A stretch of 64,000 nucleotides of DNA from Octopus vulgaris (Eukaryota): positions 45,198,001-45,262,000 of the forward strand of contig OX597827.1 in assembly GCA_951406725.2 (NCBI GenBank), given 5' to 3'. Under the pieces are notes generated by a model. That model ran no database searches. It saw only the letters and a list, made by a program, of their open reading frames with translations, and was not told the origin of the DNA. A program made the translations under genes and the position numbers. Positions 13,666 through 28,145 of the stretch are shown piece by piece. The first letter of the stretch is position 1. Each line of letters opens with the position of its first letter.

Positions 13666-13850
13666 GGAGGCGCAATGACCCAGTGGTTAGGGCAGCGGAC
13701 TAGCGTTCGTAAGAACGCGGTTTCGATTCCCAGACCGGGCATTGCGAGTGTTTATTGAGCAAAAACACCTAAGCTCCACGAGGCGGGAGGGTGGGGGTGA
13801 ACACCGCTGTACTCTTTCACCACAACTTTCTCTCACTCTTTCTTCCTCCT
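13666..13850 (+). mobile_element. SINE family C, 3' truncated
   Basis: Colinear with the 43872 head and body. Confidence 0.85.
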
Positions 13851-15332
13851 TCTGCCACAAAGCAGAGGAACCATGGTGTAACCCCATATGGTGTGGCAAA
13901 CTTTGAGACCCTAGTCTAGATTGCGAATCCTCTGTACCCCAGGATGGTTCAGCTCTCCTCCCGTTAAAAACTACCGTTTACGAAATGAGGATAACAACGT
14001 AGCTTTCGCGCCCGTGCAACCGCCAGTCTATCGCGTGTGGTGGGTGGATCTTCAAGTTGTCACACGCATTCTTAGTAGCTTAGAGTAGGCTCGAATTAGA
14101 GATTATTCTTTGTGGCTAATGGCATGAGTCCTGATTGGAAGAAGAAGACCACAGCGGGATTTAAATCACCACATTCTTCAAGCTCAATTTAAATACATTT
14201 CCGAAAATATTTCTGTGAAGTTAGAACTCAGATATATAAGCATTTCTCCGCATTTTTCTAGATTGCCTCTGTATTTACCAACATTTCTGATGAAGCCTTA
14301 CTAATCGTTTCCTCAACAGACCCCATGCATTATTCTTCACATTCAAATTACTTTGGAGATATTTACTGATGTGTGGTTGTATATGAAGTATGGCTGTCGG
14401 TCTATGAAAGAAAATTAACACTTTCAAAACTGACATTTAATACCGGCTTCGACTTTATTAGATTCTACGTAAAATTTCTTTACGTAGTTGACCATGCGTT
14501 GTAATACACTTTGTCAGCGATGCTGCTGCCCTTTGTGTTTATTAGCGGCCAGTGTGAACTGACCCTATTGTTTGCAGCGATTCTCTTACATATTTGATTT
14601 CTCTTCGGTGAAATATTCTACCATGTATCATGTATATGAATTTTTCATGTGCTGTTCTTATTGTCGAGTATCGGAACGCTATCCAGCAAATATAATTGGC
14701 GATGAACGTTGAAGTTTAAGTTGAATATGATTTATTTTCACGACCGACTCTCTTTATTAAGTTCCACGTCTTGTGACACTTCATTCTCTCATTACGCAAC
14801 CCTTTTCTTTCGACGGAACCCTTTTCTTTTGTCGTTGTTTAAGATAGATATTTCCACAGCTATGAAAACCGTTCTCGTTATGAATTGATCTTCAATAGAT
14901 TTATCACCGATCCACAATGGAACGAAAAGATATTGAACAAATATAGATAAGGATTATTTCGTTTGGAATAGAAAATCTCTTCTGTATATACGCTTCTGAA
15001 GATACATGCATTATAATACGATGAGAAGAATCGTTTTCTAACCATGTTATTATTTGACACATTTCAATATCTTTTAGCCATCCCATATGTCACCTCAGTA
15101 ATAATCGATTCTGATGGTGGACTTTATTCTTTTATCAATCCGTTAAGCATATATTATTACTGATATTTTCTTTAACACTGCCGGAAGATATTACGGACCA
15201 GCTCAGGTTAGTTGGCAATCGAACTCTGAAGGTAAAGAGACGTCACCAAATAATGTATAAGATTTAGTATGGCGTTCTACTATTTCTGCCAACTCAAAGC
15301 TTAACAATTATTGTCATATTGGTACGGTTTTG

Positions 15333-15453
<121 letters not shown>

Positions 15454-15717
15454 AGAATAAATAGATACATATCTATCTATCTATAGAATAAATAGATACA
15501 TATCTATCTATCTATAGAATAAATAGATACATATGTGTAGTGGCTCGCTAACCACTACACATTCTTTATTTTCTCTCCTTGTTTCCTTCTGTGTTACTTT
15601 TTGTGGAAGAGCTTAGGCTCGAAACGTTAAAGACTTTTTCCCTTCACGAGTGTTATACTAATACATCTCTTTGTTGTCTACACCAGCTGTCTTCGTCTTT
15701 TGATTTTTTGTGAATTT

Positions 15718-15761
<44 letters not shown>

Positions 15762-16375
15762 TGCACATATATATATGTGCATGTGTGTGTTTGTGTGTGT
15801 AAATATATGAATTTGTCATATAAGATATGGATTCAGAGAATCGTATGTCTATCACACAAAGTTCCTCTTACAGACTCGTTTAACAATCCACACAGTAATC
15901 CAATCCAAAAAAGAGTAGGGTATCATCCATGCAGCTGAAATTCTGAAGACCCAATCGATGAATTTCTTTCATGAGGGATATATAAACCATAAAAGTCAGG
16001 AGATATGAGATGTAAATGTATCTATATAACCACTTGACATACTTAGGATTACGGCTGTTTCGTAGCCTTCTTCATATTGCAAAAAAAAAATGCAAGTATG
16101 TAAGCATAATCTTTTCCACACTGAAATTATTACTTCACGAAGAAGGCTGCGAAATGGTCGTAGTCCTAGGATGTCACATGGTTAAATATATATACTTACA
16201 TGTCATACCCCCTGGTCTTTATGGGCTATGTACAAACATACACCCCCCACACGCATAAACACATCCACACCCACACGTACATACGCATACACACACATAT
16301 ACAGACATGCGTGCATACACATATGTACGAAGAAGCACATCGGGACCAATGGTCTTGTCAATACAATGATACTGT

Positions 16376-16476
<101 letters not shown>

Positions 16477-16821
16477 GTATGTAAATATATGTATGTACTA
16501 GCTGTTGGACCCGAAATTGCTCGTGTTTTCCATGTTGAAGTTAAGCCCACCTTGTATTGAATAAGCATATCGATTTTGTTGAAATTTTACATGTGAAAAA
16601 ATGCAAAAGCTGCAGGAAAAATAAATTCGTTAGGGAATTTCTATTCAAACGCCCGATTGAGCTCACAAAAATCGATGCCAACTGAGCGTTATCGAGTTTT
16701 CGAAAGATTCCGGCCTTATTTGAACTTCAGGGCATGTGATCTACCTATGTGCCAAAAATCATTTAAAATCAGTGGAAGGAGTTAAAGTAACCCCAAACAC
16801 ACACCATTACACATTTATGTA

Positions 16822-18107
16822 TTGGGTTGGCAACTAAGTTCCCGCCGTTTTTTTAAATTTTGGAATTTATTGCGTTTTTAAATTTTGGATGTATTTTTTT
16901 CGAGAATTATATTTTTGAATCATTTTGGAATCTATTTTGATTTTTTTCTCTAGTTAATTTTAGTTACTTTTTGTCTATTTTCAGATCATTAAAATGGCAT
17001 GTCAAGTGAAGAAAAAGAGCATTTTCGACACCTCCTTCCTTTTGCTTTTAATCAAGGTTCTAGGGTCACAAAAGCTGCTTGCGACATTTGTGCTGTGTAT
17101 GGAGAGGGTGCCATAGCTGAAAGAACCACTCGTATGCCAAGTTCAAAAATGGAAATTTTGACCTCAAAGACGCACCTCGTTCTGGCCGTCCAGTTGAGTT
17201 CGATGAAGAGCGATTAAACCAACGTTTGCACGAAAATTCTTGTCAAACGACAAGGGAACTGGCAGAGAAAACGGAATGCTTCTACACTGCTATAGAGAAG
17301 CATCTTCATTCGATGGGAAAAGCTCAGAAGTATGGAGCATGGGTTCTGCATGCTTTAAGTAACAACAACAAAAATCAACGAGCCATTATCTCCGCTGGTT
17401 TGCTTGCTCGTCACCGCTCAACGCATGGACACAAGCAACGATTTCTTAACCGAACCGTTACTGGTGATGAAAAATGGCGCCTGAACATCAATATGAAGCA
17501 GCGTAAGGAATGGCTTAGCCCCGCTAAACAAGCGACACCGCGCATGACACAAGATCTTCATCCGCGTAAAACGATGTTGTGTGTATGGTGGGGCTGGGAA
17601 GGGATTATCCATTACGTATTGTTTGAACGGAACCAAAGAGTCAATGCGGAACTCTATGTTCAACAGATGGAACGACTCAACACGGCTATTCAAGAGAAAA
17701 GACCGAATCGGCAGCATGGAGTTCTGCTGCACGACAACGCCCGCCCTCATATCGCCAATATGACCAAGGTAGCCATTCAAACGCATAGCTGGGATGTGCT
17801 GCCACACCCGCCGTACTCTCCTGATTTGGTACCAACGGATTTCTACCTCTTTCGATCTCTTTTAAATGCTACGCGCAGAGTTTCGTTCAATATTGATGTA
17901 GAATTGAGAGCTTGGCTGGATCAATTTTTCGAGTCGAAATCGGGTGATTTCTACCAACAAGGTATTGAAAATCTTGTTGAACGTTGGGAAGAAGTGGTAA
18001 ACAACAAGGGTGAATACATTATTGATTAATTAGTTGTTATTTTTTTTATTAAACCTTTTAAAAAATTTAAATTAAAAAGAACAGCGGGAACTTAGTTGCC
18101 AACCCAA
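16822..18107 (+). mobile_element. Full-length mariner DNA transposon (DD34D, mellifera-like TIR)
   Basis: TIRs TTGGGTTGGCAACTAAGTTCCCGC / GCGGGAACTTAGTTGCCAACCCAA, TA duplication at 16820-21 and 18108-09, length 1286 bp. Confidence 0.97.
16999..18029 (+). pseudogene. Mariner transposase, frameshifted near 17131
   Basis: N-terminal HFRHLL...YGEGAIAERT, then after a frame change YAKFKNGNFDLKDAPRSGRP, WVLHAL (WVPHEL-like), TGDEKW, HDNARPH, YSPDLVPTD. There are 34 residues between the second and third Asp. Confidence 0.95.
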
Positions 18108-18358
18108 TATGTAGATATATGTATGCGCGCGTGTGCGTGTATGCATTTATATGTTTTATCTTTTACTTGTTTCAGTCATGAGACTACGGCCAAGCTGGAG
18201 CAGCGCCTTGAAAATTTTAGAATCGACCCGAGTACATATATTTTTTTTTAAAGCTTGATATTGATTCTATCGGATATTTTTTTTGCCGAACCGCTAATTT
18301 ATAAAGACGTAAGCACAGCAATGCCAGTTGCCAAATGGCGATGGGAAGACAAAGAATT

Positions 18359-18463
<105 letters not shown>

Positions 18464-18583
18464 TTATCTGTCTGTGTATCTGTCAGTGTCTCTGTTTCCC
18501 TCTTTCCCTGTTTCTCTCTCTCTCTCTATATATATATGCATACATATATGTATATATATACATATATATATATAGGAATATAT

Positions 18584-18661
<78 letters not shown>

Positions 18662-19070
18662 GTACTTTTTCATTCGTGGGGTAAACAGACTATCATTGGT
18701 TTCATGCTGAGCAGTATATCTCAACCATTATTCAATTCTGTACTACGAACACCAACGTCTGAAGGTACAGGCTTGAATAATTGTTGAGAAGTATTCCTCT
18801 CAGCATGAAACCAGTGGTAACCTTGTTAACGCACGAATAAAGACTATTCGCCATATTAAAGTATATATGTATGTGTATATTTGTGTATTAAGGCTACCAT
18901 TAGTTTCATGTTAAGAAAATGGTAGCCTTAATATACAAATAAAGAATATTATCCACCAATGCGGCGTTAAGCACTCATTCTCATTGTTCGACATTTACGT
19001 ATGTATGTAGGTATGTATGTGTGTATATATGTATATGCGTCAGTATGTATGTATGTATGTATGTATGTAT

Positions 19071-19277
19071 GTTATTGGTGCAGGTGGCTCTGGCTTTCCG
19101 CATCTGGCGTTTCTGTTCTGCTGACTGAATCCCTACCCACTTCTGCCCCACCTGTGGGAGGGGCTTCCTTGCCCGGATTGGCCTCACCAGCCACCTCCGG
19201 TCTCATAGCAGCAATTCCACCAAATGATGTCAATGGTCATCTTCGAACCCGAAGGACGAACATTATTATTATTATTA
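19071..19277 (+). mobile_element. RTE/BovB-type LINE 3' end with 5' inversion
   Basis: Plus strand gives HFCPTCGRGFLARIGLTSHLRSH...* and the tail GGACGAAC(ATT)n. 19071-19125 encodes the expected upstream peptide AEQKRQMRKARA on the minus strand. Confidence 0.82.
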
Positions 19278-19747
19278 TACATTATATTATGTATGTATGT
19301 ATGTATGTATGTATGTATGTATGTATGTATGTATGTATGTATGTATGTATGTATGTATGTATGTATGTATGTATGTATGTATGCATGCATGTATGTATGC
19401 ATGTATGTATGTATGTATGTATGTATGTATGTATGTATGTATATATGTATGCGTTTATTTACTTATTTCTTAGTAATTTTCCTTTCCGGTTCACAACAGT
19501 AACAGTAGCAACAGCTGCAGCAATGGCAACGGAAATAACGACAACGACGATAGCAAGAAGAAGAAGAAGAATCAAAACCACAGCAACACCTACGACTCAA
19601 CGATGAAACACCTACGTGTTGGATCAAACCAGTTAAGAAAGAACAGCCAAATCTCCCTCAAGCATAGTTTTCTGTTACGCGCTACTCATGAAACGGTAAA
19701 AAGGAGGTGAACTCAAGCATGGCCGATTGGTAGACTAAACAACAGTA

Positions 19748-19749
19748 TC

Positions 19750-19806
<57 letters not shown>

Positions 19807-20145
19807 TACTACTACTACTACTACTACTACCAGCACCAGCACCAGCACCAGCACCACCACCACTACTACGTAAACCACCACCACCACTACTACCTAAACC
19901 ACCACCACCACTACTACCTAAACCACCACCACTACTACTACCTAAACCACCACTATCACCAACACCACCACCATCACCACTACTACGTAAACCACCACTA
20001 CTACTACTACCACCACCACCACTATCACCACCACCACCACCACCACCACTACTACTACCTAAGCCACCACAACTAGCATTACTACTATTACCTAAACCAC
20101 CACTACCACGACTACTACAATCACCACCACCACCACCATCACCAT

Positions 20146-20208
<63 letters not shown>

Positions 20209-20210
20209 TG
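19748..20210. repeat. Compound trinucleotide microsatellite (CAA/CTA/CCA) with an emerging ~24-bp unit
   Basis: Repeated CCACCACTACTACCTAAACCA. Confidence 0.9.
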
Positions 20211-20924
20211 CTGCACTCTACAGACACCATGCCGTGATTAAACCACCCCCAAAAGCATACAATTATAAGAAGAGAAAATAAACAGTAAAAGACTGAAAAT
20301 TAAGAACACACACACACATACACACACACACAAACCAACAATAAATTCAACAAACAGAAGTATAAACAAAGGAGATGAACGAAATTCGATCTGTTGTAGA
20401 CATAATTATAGAGGAACTTTCCAAGAATTCTTTTTTCTGTCTGTGTTTTTATTTCAAACAAATCTGCTTTTTTTTTTGCCTTTGAAATTTAGACATAAAA
20501 ACAGCAATAATAGAAAAAAAATGTAAAACATAATAATAATAATAGTTAAAAATAAAGTGTAAATTAAATAAAAAAAAAAGAATAGTAAAACTGAAATTTT
20601 AAATTGAAGAGATAATGATGATAAAAATAAAATGTAGAGTGTAAAATGTAATGATAATAATAAATCTTTCGTTATTTGCCGCAAGGGTTGCACACAAAAC
20701 TGAAGGTCGATACAAAACAAGGGACAGTAGAGATTTACGTAAAATACGAGTAAACAATGAGAGTAATAACAATTAACAGCAAGATTTAACAATTCCCTTC
20801 CTGGGTCTATTGAGATCTACATAGATCCCGAGTCACCCGGCTTACCATGATAAGTGCTTCTCTGCTTAGTCTACAAGAGCATGTATAGGTTCTCACCTTT
20901 CTTTCCATACTCTTTTCTCTTTCT

Positions 20925-21314
20925 CTTTTACTCTTTTACTTGTTTCAGTCGTTTGACTGTGGCCATGCTGGAGCATCGCCTTTAGTCGAGCAAATCGACC
21001 CCAGGACTTATTCTTTGTAAGCCTAGTACTTATTCTATCGGTCTCGTTGCCGAACCGCTAAGTTACGGGGACGTAAACACACCAGCATCGGTTGTCAAGC
21101 GATGTTGGGGGGGGGGGGGGGAAACAGACACACACACACATACATATATACGACGGGCTTCTTTCAGTTTCCGTCTACCAAATCCACTCACAAGGCTTTG
21201 GTCAGCCCAAGGCTATAGTAGAAGACACTTGCCCAAGGTGCCACGCAGTGGAGCTGAACTCGGAACCATGTGGTTGGTAAGCAAGCCACTTACCACACAG
21301 CCACTCCTACGCCT
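20925..21314 (-). mobile_element. SINE family A
   Basis: Colinear with the 2094 copy. Confidence 0.9.
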
Positions 21315-21316
21315 AT

Positions 21317-21480
21317 CCATCTTCATTTTCCTTTCCAAGTGGAACCTGAAAAACTTGATGAGGGCTTGACCAACGAGGAAATTGCCTGTTTTCTGTAGCC
21401 CTATCAGTTGAGTCAACCATATATCTTTTGCTATAGCCACCAGGTTGAGAAAAACTGCCTGCCCTTCCCGATAGCCAGAT
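21317..21480 (-). mobile_element. Diverged Tx1-like LINE fragment
   Basis: REGQAVFLNLVAIAKDIWLTQL...FLVGQALIKFFRFHLERKM aligns to REGRAIFIIPVAMAKECIWWTRL...FLSGQSLINFFKYHLKRKV. Confidence 0.75.
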
Positions 21481-21504
21481 CTGTAATAATCCTTTCTACT
21501 ATAA

Positions 21505-22190
21505 GTACAAGGCATGAAATTTTGTGGGGAGCGGCCAGTCGATTATTTCGACCCCATTGATCAACTGGTACTTATTTTTATCGACTCCAGAAGGATAAAA
21601 GGCAAAATGCAACATCGGCGGAATTTGAACTCAGAACGTAAAGTGCTGGAAGAAATATCGTTATGCATTTCGCCAGGCGCGCTACCGATTCTGCCTCGCC
21701 ACCTTTAATAAAGCAAAAAATACTGGTTTCCAAATTTAGGCACAAGCCCAGTAATTTCTTATTTATTTATTGCTCACAAGGGGCTAAACATAGAGGGGAC
21801 AAACAAGGATAGACAAACGGATTAAGTCGATTACATCGACCCCAGTGCGTAGCTTTCTACTTTATTTATCGACCCCGAAAGGATGAAAGGCAAAGTTGAC
21901 CTCGGCGGAATTTGAACTCAGACAGACGAAATGCTGCTAAACATTTCGCCCGGCGTCCTACCGTTTCTGCCAGCTCACCGCCTCAAGGCCAATAATTTCT
22001 GGAGGAGTTGTAAGTCCATTACATCGACCCCGGTGTTCACCTGGTACTTATTTTATTGACCCCCCCCTTCCCGCCAAAGGATGACAGGCAAAGTCAACCT
22101 CAGCGGAATTTGAACTCAGAATGTAAAAGACAGACAAAATGATGCTAAGCATTTTGCCCGATGCGCTAACAATTCTGTCCCGCTGTCTTT
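21505..22190 (-). mobile_element. Cluster of three SINE family B copies, one nested
   Basis: Repeated family B core at about 21600, 21880 and 22080. Confidence 0.85.
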
Positions 22191-23026
22191 AATAAACCAA
22201 CCGTATTAGTAATAAAAAGATTCAATGCAAAATTAAAAAGCAATAAATATTCAAATATAAAATGCAGTAATAATAATGGTAACAATTAAAATATAATAAA
22301 TAATTGTACTAAAAATATAATGTTTAAAAATAATAATACTAATGGTAAATATTAAAATTAAAAAATGTTAAGGATAATAAAAGCAGAAGGAAAATAAAGT
22401 GAAACATTTTTCAACGAAGAGAACAGAAAAAAAGTAAATAATAGTTTAAAAAAAGATATAAAAGAAAATAAATGAAAATGAAAATAAACGAAGGAAAATA
22501 TAGAAATACAAGACAAAATGGTGTTGTTATTATTGGTTTATTTCTTGAACGATGTTATTGTTAGTTGAGAGGAGAGAGAGAATAACAGGGAAGTAATGAT
22601 TAATGATGGAAGATGTGTGCGGTATAATGAGGATTAAGTATAGAGATAAATATAGCTTTGTTAATGAATGAAAACGCAAAGAGAACCAAGCAGCCAAATA
22701 AAAGAAGGGCAAATATTTCGGGTGCCACAGGACGATTAGAACCGCTAGGTTTATTATATTACCTGAACTACTTCGACTCAGGTTCAACCCCCTTGCACGG
22801 TACATTAAGCACTTCCCATCCAGTTGTTTTTTTTGCTGATGCAATTTACATATATATATATATATATACAATTTAATAAATAAAATATATGCATACATAC
22901 ATACATACATATATGTACGTACCTACATCTATATGTATATATACATGCATATATATATAAGTCCGTTCCCTAGTTTGTTTTTATGTTTTCGTTTCTCGTT
23001 GTGTTCTACGTTTATTTGTGGTGTCC

Positions 23027-23104
<78 letters not shown>

Positions 23105-23934
23105 CATATATATATATATATATATGTACAGGACACCAAAAATAAACGTAGAACACAACGAGAAACGAAAACATAAAAACATATATATATATATATACAC
23201 ATATATATATATGTACAGGACACCACAAATAAACGTAGAACACAACGAGAAACGAAAACATAAAAACAAATTAGGGAACGGACTTTTTTTAAACAACGAA
23301 AAAACAGAGTACAAGACAAACAATACAAGGAATATTCCCCTTCATCAGCTGTCCCTGGTTCGACTCAATGCGTGTTTCGAAGGTAAGGACAGAACACGAT
23401 CCGGGTCGAAGCAGTCCTTCCTGCAAAATGAATTAAATAAAGTTCTTTTGCAAGAAGAGTGTATAATTGTGAATAAATCACAATTATAACGCAGAGGGTT
23501 ATAAAAAACCCTTACATGTCTAGAAATAGCAGTCAAAACCGCTATAAAGCCACTATAACCACTCATATCTCCTCACCAATAAAGCTGGGCACTGATATGT
23601 TCATAAATAATTCTGAATTGTTTACGATATATCCTGCGTAATGTATTTTACATTCATTCCTCTAATATATATATAAACTTAGATAAAACTTAGATATGTT
23701 TCGACCAAAGACTGGTCCAGGCCATGATTTATATATATATATATATATATACATATACGTACAAACACACACACACATACACTCTCACAGAGACACACAC
23801 ACATATACACACATACTCATATGCGTTTGAATGTGTATGTATATATATTCACATATGAATTTCCTTTCATCAGCTGTGTGTTTATTTGTTTTTGTAAGTG
23901 ATAAAGAGTTATCATTTAAAGTTACACACACATA

Positions 23935-23979
<45 letters not shown>

Positions 23980-24006
23980 ACACACATACACACACACATT
24001 TATTTT

Positions 24007-24053
<47 letters not shown>

Positions 24054-24199
24054 GCGAATATTCATGTGTATATATAATATAGCTATGTTCGAAACGTAAA
24101 ACAACCATTCTTATCCTTCTCTGAGCGTCTTATTAATACTTTACATATACTACGTTCTCACGTTCTTGTTTTTTTCTCGTCTTTTTCTACATTTTTTGA

Positions 24200-24236
<37 letters not shown>

Positions 24237-24296
24237 CATGAATGTATGTGGACTTAAAAGAGATTTTATACACACACACAAATATGTATGCACACG

Positions 24297-24372
<76 letters not shown>

Positions 24373-25534
24373 TAATATATGTCTCTCTCTCTATATATGT
24401 ATGTATATGTATGTGTGTGACTTAAAACATTTTCTATATACATACACACATATATGCACACGTATATATACATACATACACACAGATATAAATATAAATA
24501 TATATGTAGTCTTAATCGTTGGTGTCCGTGCCTTTCATTTATGATTGCTGACGCACATAACCATATTTCCTCATACATTGTATTTTGTTTGTAATTATAA
24601 AGAAACCTTCCAAAAATTGTTTCTCTGCTTCAAACAATTCTTATTTTTATTTTGAAATTTAGGCGCCAAAAAAAAGAAAGAAAAAAAAAAGAAACCATAA
24701 GTGTAAAAAAATAAAAGCCAAAATATGAAAAGTCGTAAAAATAGTTGAAAATAAGTAAGAAAAACTATAATAACAATAAAACAAATATAATCAGAGTAAA
24801 AATAAAATATAAAAATGTTCAATAATGATACTAAAAAAAGTATGTAACAACAAGTGTGATATAAACAAGAAATAAAAAGTTATACGTTTCTGATGTGTCT
24901 CTTTTTCTCTCGTTGTTCCCTCTTCTTTTTTCGTTTTCTCTTCTACTGTGTCGTCTCTGAGTACTTATCTACTCTCGCCTCTGTCTGTACCCCGTTGGCC
25001 ACTTCCTGCTTCCGTTCTGACCACAGATGACTAGTTTACCTTTTGGCTCATCAAGGGAGCAAACGCATCCTTCTACACCCTGTTATTTGCTTAAAGATTT
25101 CGTTCAAGCGTTTATAATTTATTTTCTTGCCTTCTCCGACGTACATGTTCTGCCCTTGCTTTGTCTCGTTTTAGTTTCAATGCTGTATATAATTTATTTA
25201 AAAAGACGTTTTATTCAATTTCATCGTAAGCAGGTTTATGTTTTTATTTTTCTCTCCTAGTTGCTTGTCTTAGCCATACAACCATTACCTGTCCCTACAT
25301 TTTCTCAGTCACAATCGATAAGGCCTCACCATACACTTTCCCCGTTTTTGAAATTCATTGGCACTGTATAATTTACCTTATAACCGTATCCAATAATTGT
25401 TAATATTACTTAAAGTATCGAAACTGCCAAAATTCTTAGCGAGACTGCTGAAGAAGGGAAAATTCTTAGAGCCGAGTAAACCAAAACCTTATGAGTGAAA
25501 TTTTAGTTACGGTTATTGTGTGGAAATCCACTGA

Positions 25535-25572
<38 letters not shown>

Positions 25573-25646
25573 TTGCATGCATATATATATGTGTATATAC
25601 ATATGTATATGTATATATGTATATACATATGTATATACATACGTAT

Positions 25647-25732
<86 letters not shown>

Positions 25733-26384
25733 GCTCATAAATTGTGTGATTTACTTAATACGTCACCCTGTGCTCTGGTCGTTAATTTTATGTGGATTCA
25801 GTTCCCGCTGCTCGAAATAATTTATTTCTGCTGCCCAATAGCCTCTCGCTGACTATTAACCCCATATCTTGCAAATGATTACTACGACACACTTGATGAT
25901 GATGTTCTTAGCCAAGGCAATGAGCTCTCTACAGATCAGTCCATTTAACTGTGACGAGGCAACACAAACCGATATATAGTTTTCCATTGTAAGTCAACAA
26001 AAAATTATAATACTCGATTCATAAACAAGGAGCTATCAACGGATCAGTCTATTCAGCTGTGAGAAGGTAACACAGGGTGGCATAAAACTCTACGCTGTAA
26101 AGCAATATAGAATTGTAATACTGGTTTCACAGTCAGTTTAAATGCCCTTGGTGGTAGGTATCCTTGTTCATGGATGCCTATGGTCTAAATAACAACGACA
26201 ACAAGCATGACAACTCTGATAGGTAAGGTAATACACTATCAAACATCCATTCCATTAAATTACAAGAGGTAGGGACCACAGGTAAGGTTACTAGTTTGTA
26301 TTTTTTGCCAATACGAGTTCTCAATAGCCAAGTTAATGTAGGTGTATATAAGTATTACGTACGTATGTATATGTGCGTGTGGAC

Positions 26385-26471
<87 letters not shown>

Positions 26472-26594
26472 CGGAAGAACAAGATGGAATAGATAGGACA
26501 AGGCCAGAGAGAAGAGCAGACGCGGAGAAGAAAAACAGATAGGCATTGAAGGGGTCACAATGTGTGACGAAAGAACTTCATCAAATAAAAAATA

Positions 26595-26775
<181 letters not shown>

Positions 26776-26860
26776 ATAAAATAAAGCTAAAGTGAAGACC
26801 AAATAAATAGTGCAAATAGTACGTGTGTATATTGGCAAAATCACCGTCCCCAAATATAAG

Positions 26861-26891
<31 letters not shown>

Positions 26892-27556
26892 GGAAATGTT
26901 ATCGAGGTGGGAATTATACGCAAAATGTAAAGAACTGGAATAAAAATCGGATGTTCTTGCGACTTTGTCAATTAATAATCCCATGTGCCAGAATATGTCT
27001 ATCGTCTATTACTACGAAACACCATGTGTATTTAGATAAACAAATAAATGAATGAGTGAAAGAAAAAAAAACCGTTGATTTAATCTATAGGAAAAATCTA
27101 AGTGACTCTGTCTTTGCAGGGAGATTAGTTTTATTTATAAGTTATGATTATTTAATTTCGTCTTTTCTCTGTACTGGATAACTATAAATAACAACATAAA
27201 CACAACAAGAGTTCACGGTGAAAATTCTGGAATTATATAACTGTACGGGGGAGAATTGTCAGAAAGATCTGATTAAATCAGCCGCCATTTTGGATGCCAA
27301 GAATTTATAAGTAAAATGCATCAAACACTGCAGAATGGTTAGAATAGAGTGTCGCACAAAAATACCTCATTGTGTTTGGTTCTGCTTGTTTACGGTTTGA
27401 CGTCAAATCCCTCCTTGGTCCATCCCTCTTTTTATCATTCTGAGAATGATGAAAATAAAACTTAGGATCAATATGAACGTCAATGCAAAAACATTACCGT
27501 GCTACAGTATGGTCGCTGTTCATAAGGAATTTAGTTAGAGTATATGGTAAAGATAA

Positions 27557-28007
27557 TATTGGTTTCAAATATTGGAACAAGCTCATCAGTTTTCTGAGGA
27601 GGGGGTAAGTCGATTACAACGACCCCAGTGTACAACTGGTACTTGTTTCATCAATCCCTGAAGGATGAAAGGCAAAACCGACCTCGGCGGAATTTGAACT
27701 CAGAACGTAAAGTTGGACGAAATACCGCTAAGCGTTTCGCCCAGCGTCCTAATGATTCTGCCAGCTCGCCGCCTTATAGTTATGAAATATTGGTTTCAAA
27801 TTCTGGCAGAGGCCCAGAAATTTCGGGGGAAGGAGTTAAGGCGATTATAGCGACCCCAATGCTCCACTGGTACTTATTTAATCGATCCAGAAAGGAAGAA
27901 AGATAAAATAGACCTCGGTGGAATTTGAACCTGGGACGTAAAGAGCAGAACGAAATGGTGTTAAGCATTTCGTCCAGCGTGCTAACGATTCTGCCAGGTC
28001 GCCGCCT
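27557..28007 (-). mobile_element. Two tandem SINE family B copies
   Basis: Heads end at about 27775 and 28007. Confidence 0.85.
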
Positions 28008-28053
28008 TTACAACAACAACAACATCAACAACAAAAACAATAAGAACAATGAC

Positions 28054-28127
<74 letters not shown>

Positions 28128-28145
28128 TAATAATAATGATAATAA

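Larger units (their letters stand above)
16498..18115 (-). mobile_element. Short non-autonomous Helitron-like element interrupted by the mariner
   Basis: Minus strand begins A|TCTACATA (18115) and ends with a degenerate hairpin plus CTAG|T (16498-16501). The mariner lies in a TA a few bp from its 5' end. Confidence 0.6.

Noticed and set aside
13860-15180. Higher-complexity stretch, perhaps a decayed LINE; contains CTGATGA near 14287
   Set aside because: No sustained reading frame or diagnostic motif, and no matching GAAA or stems for a ribozyme.
27281-27292. YY1-like motif GCCGCCATTTTG
   Set aside because: A single short motif with no promoter context.
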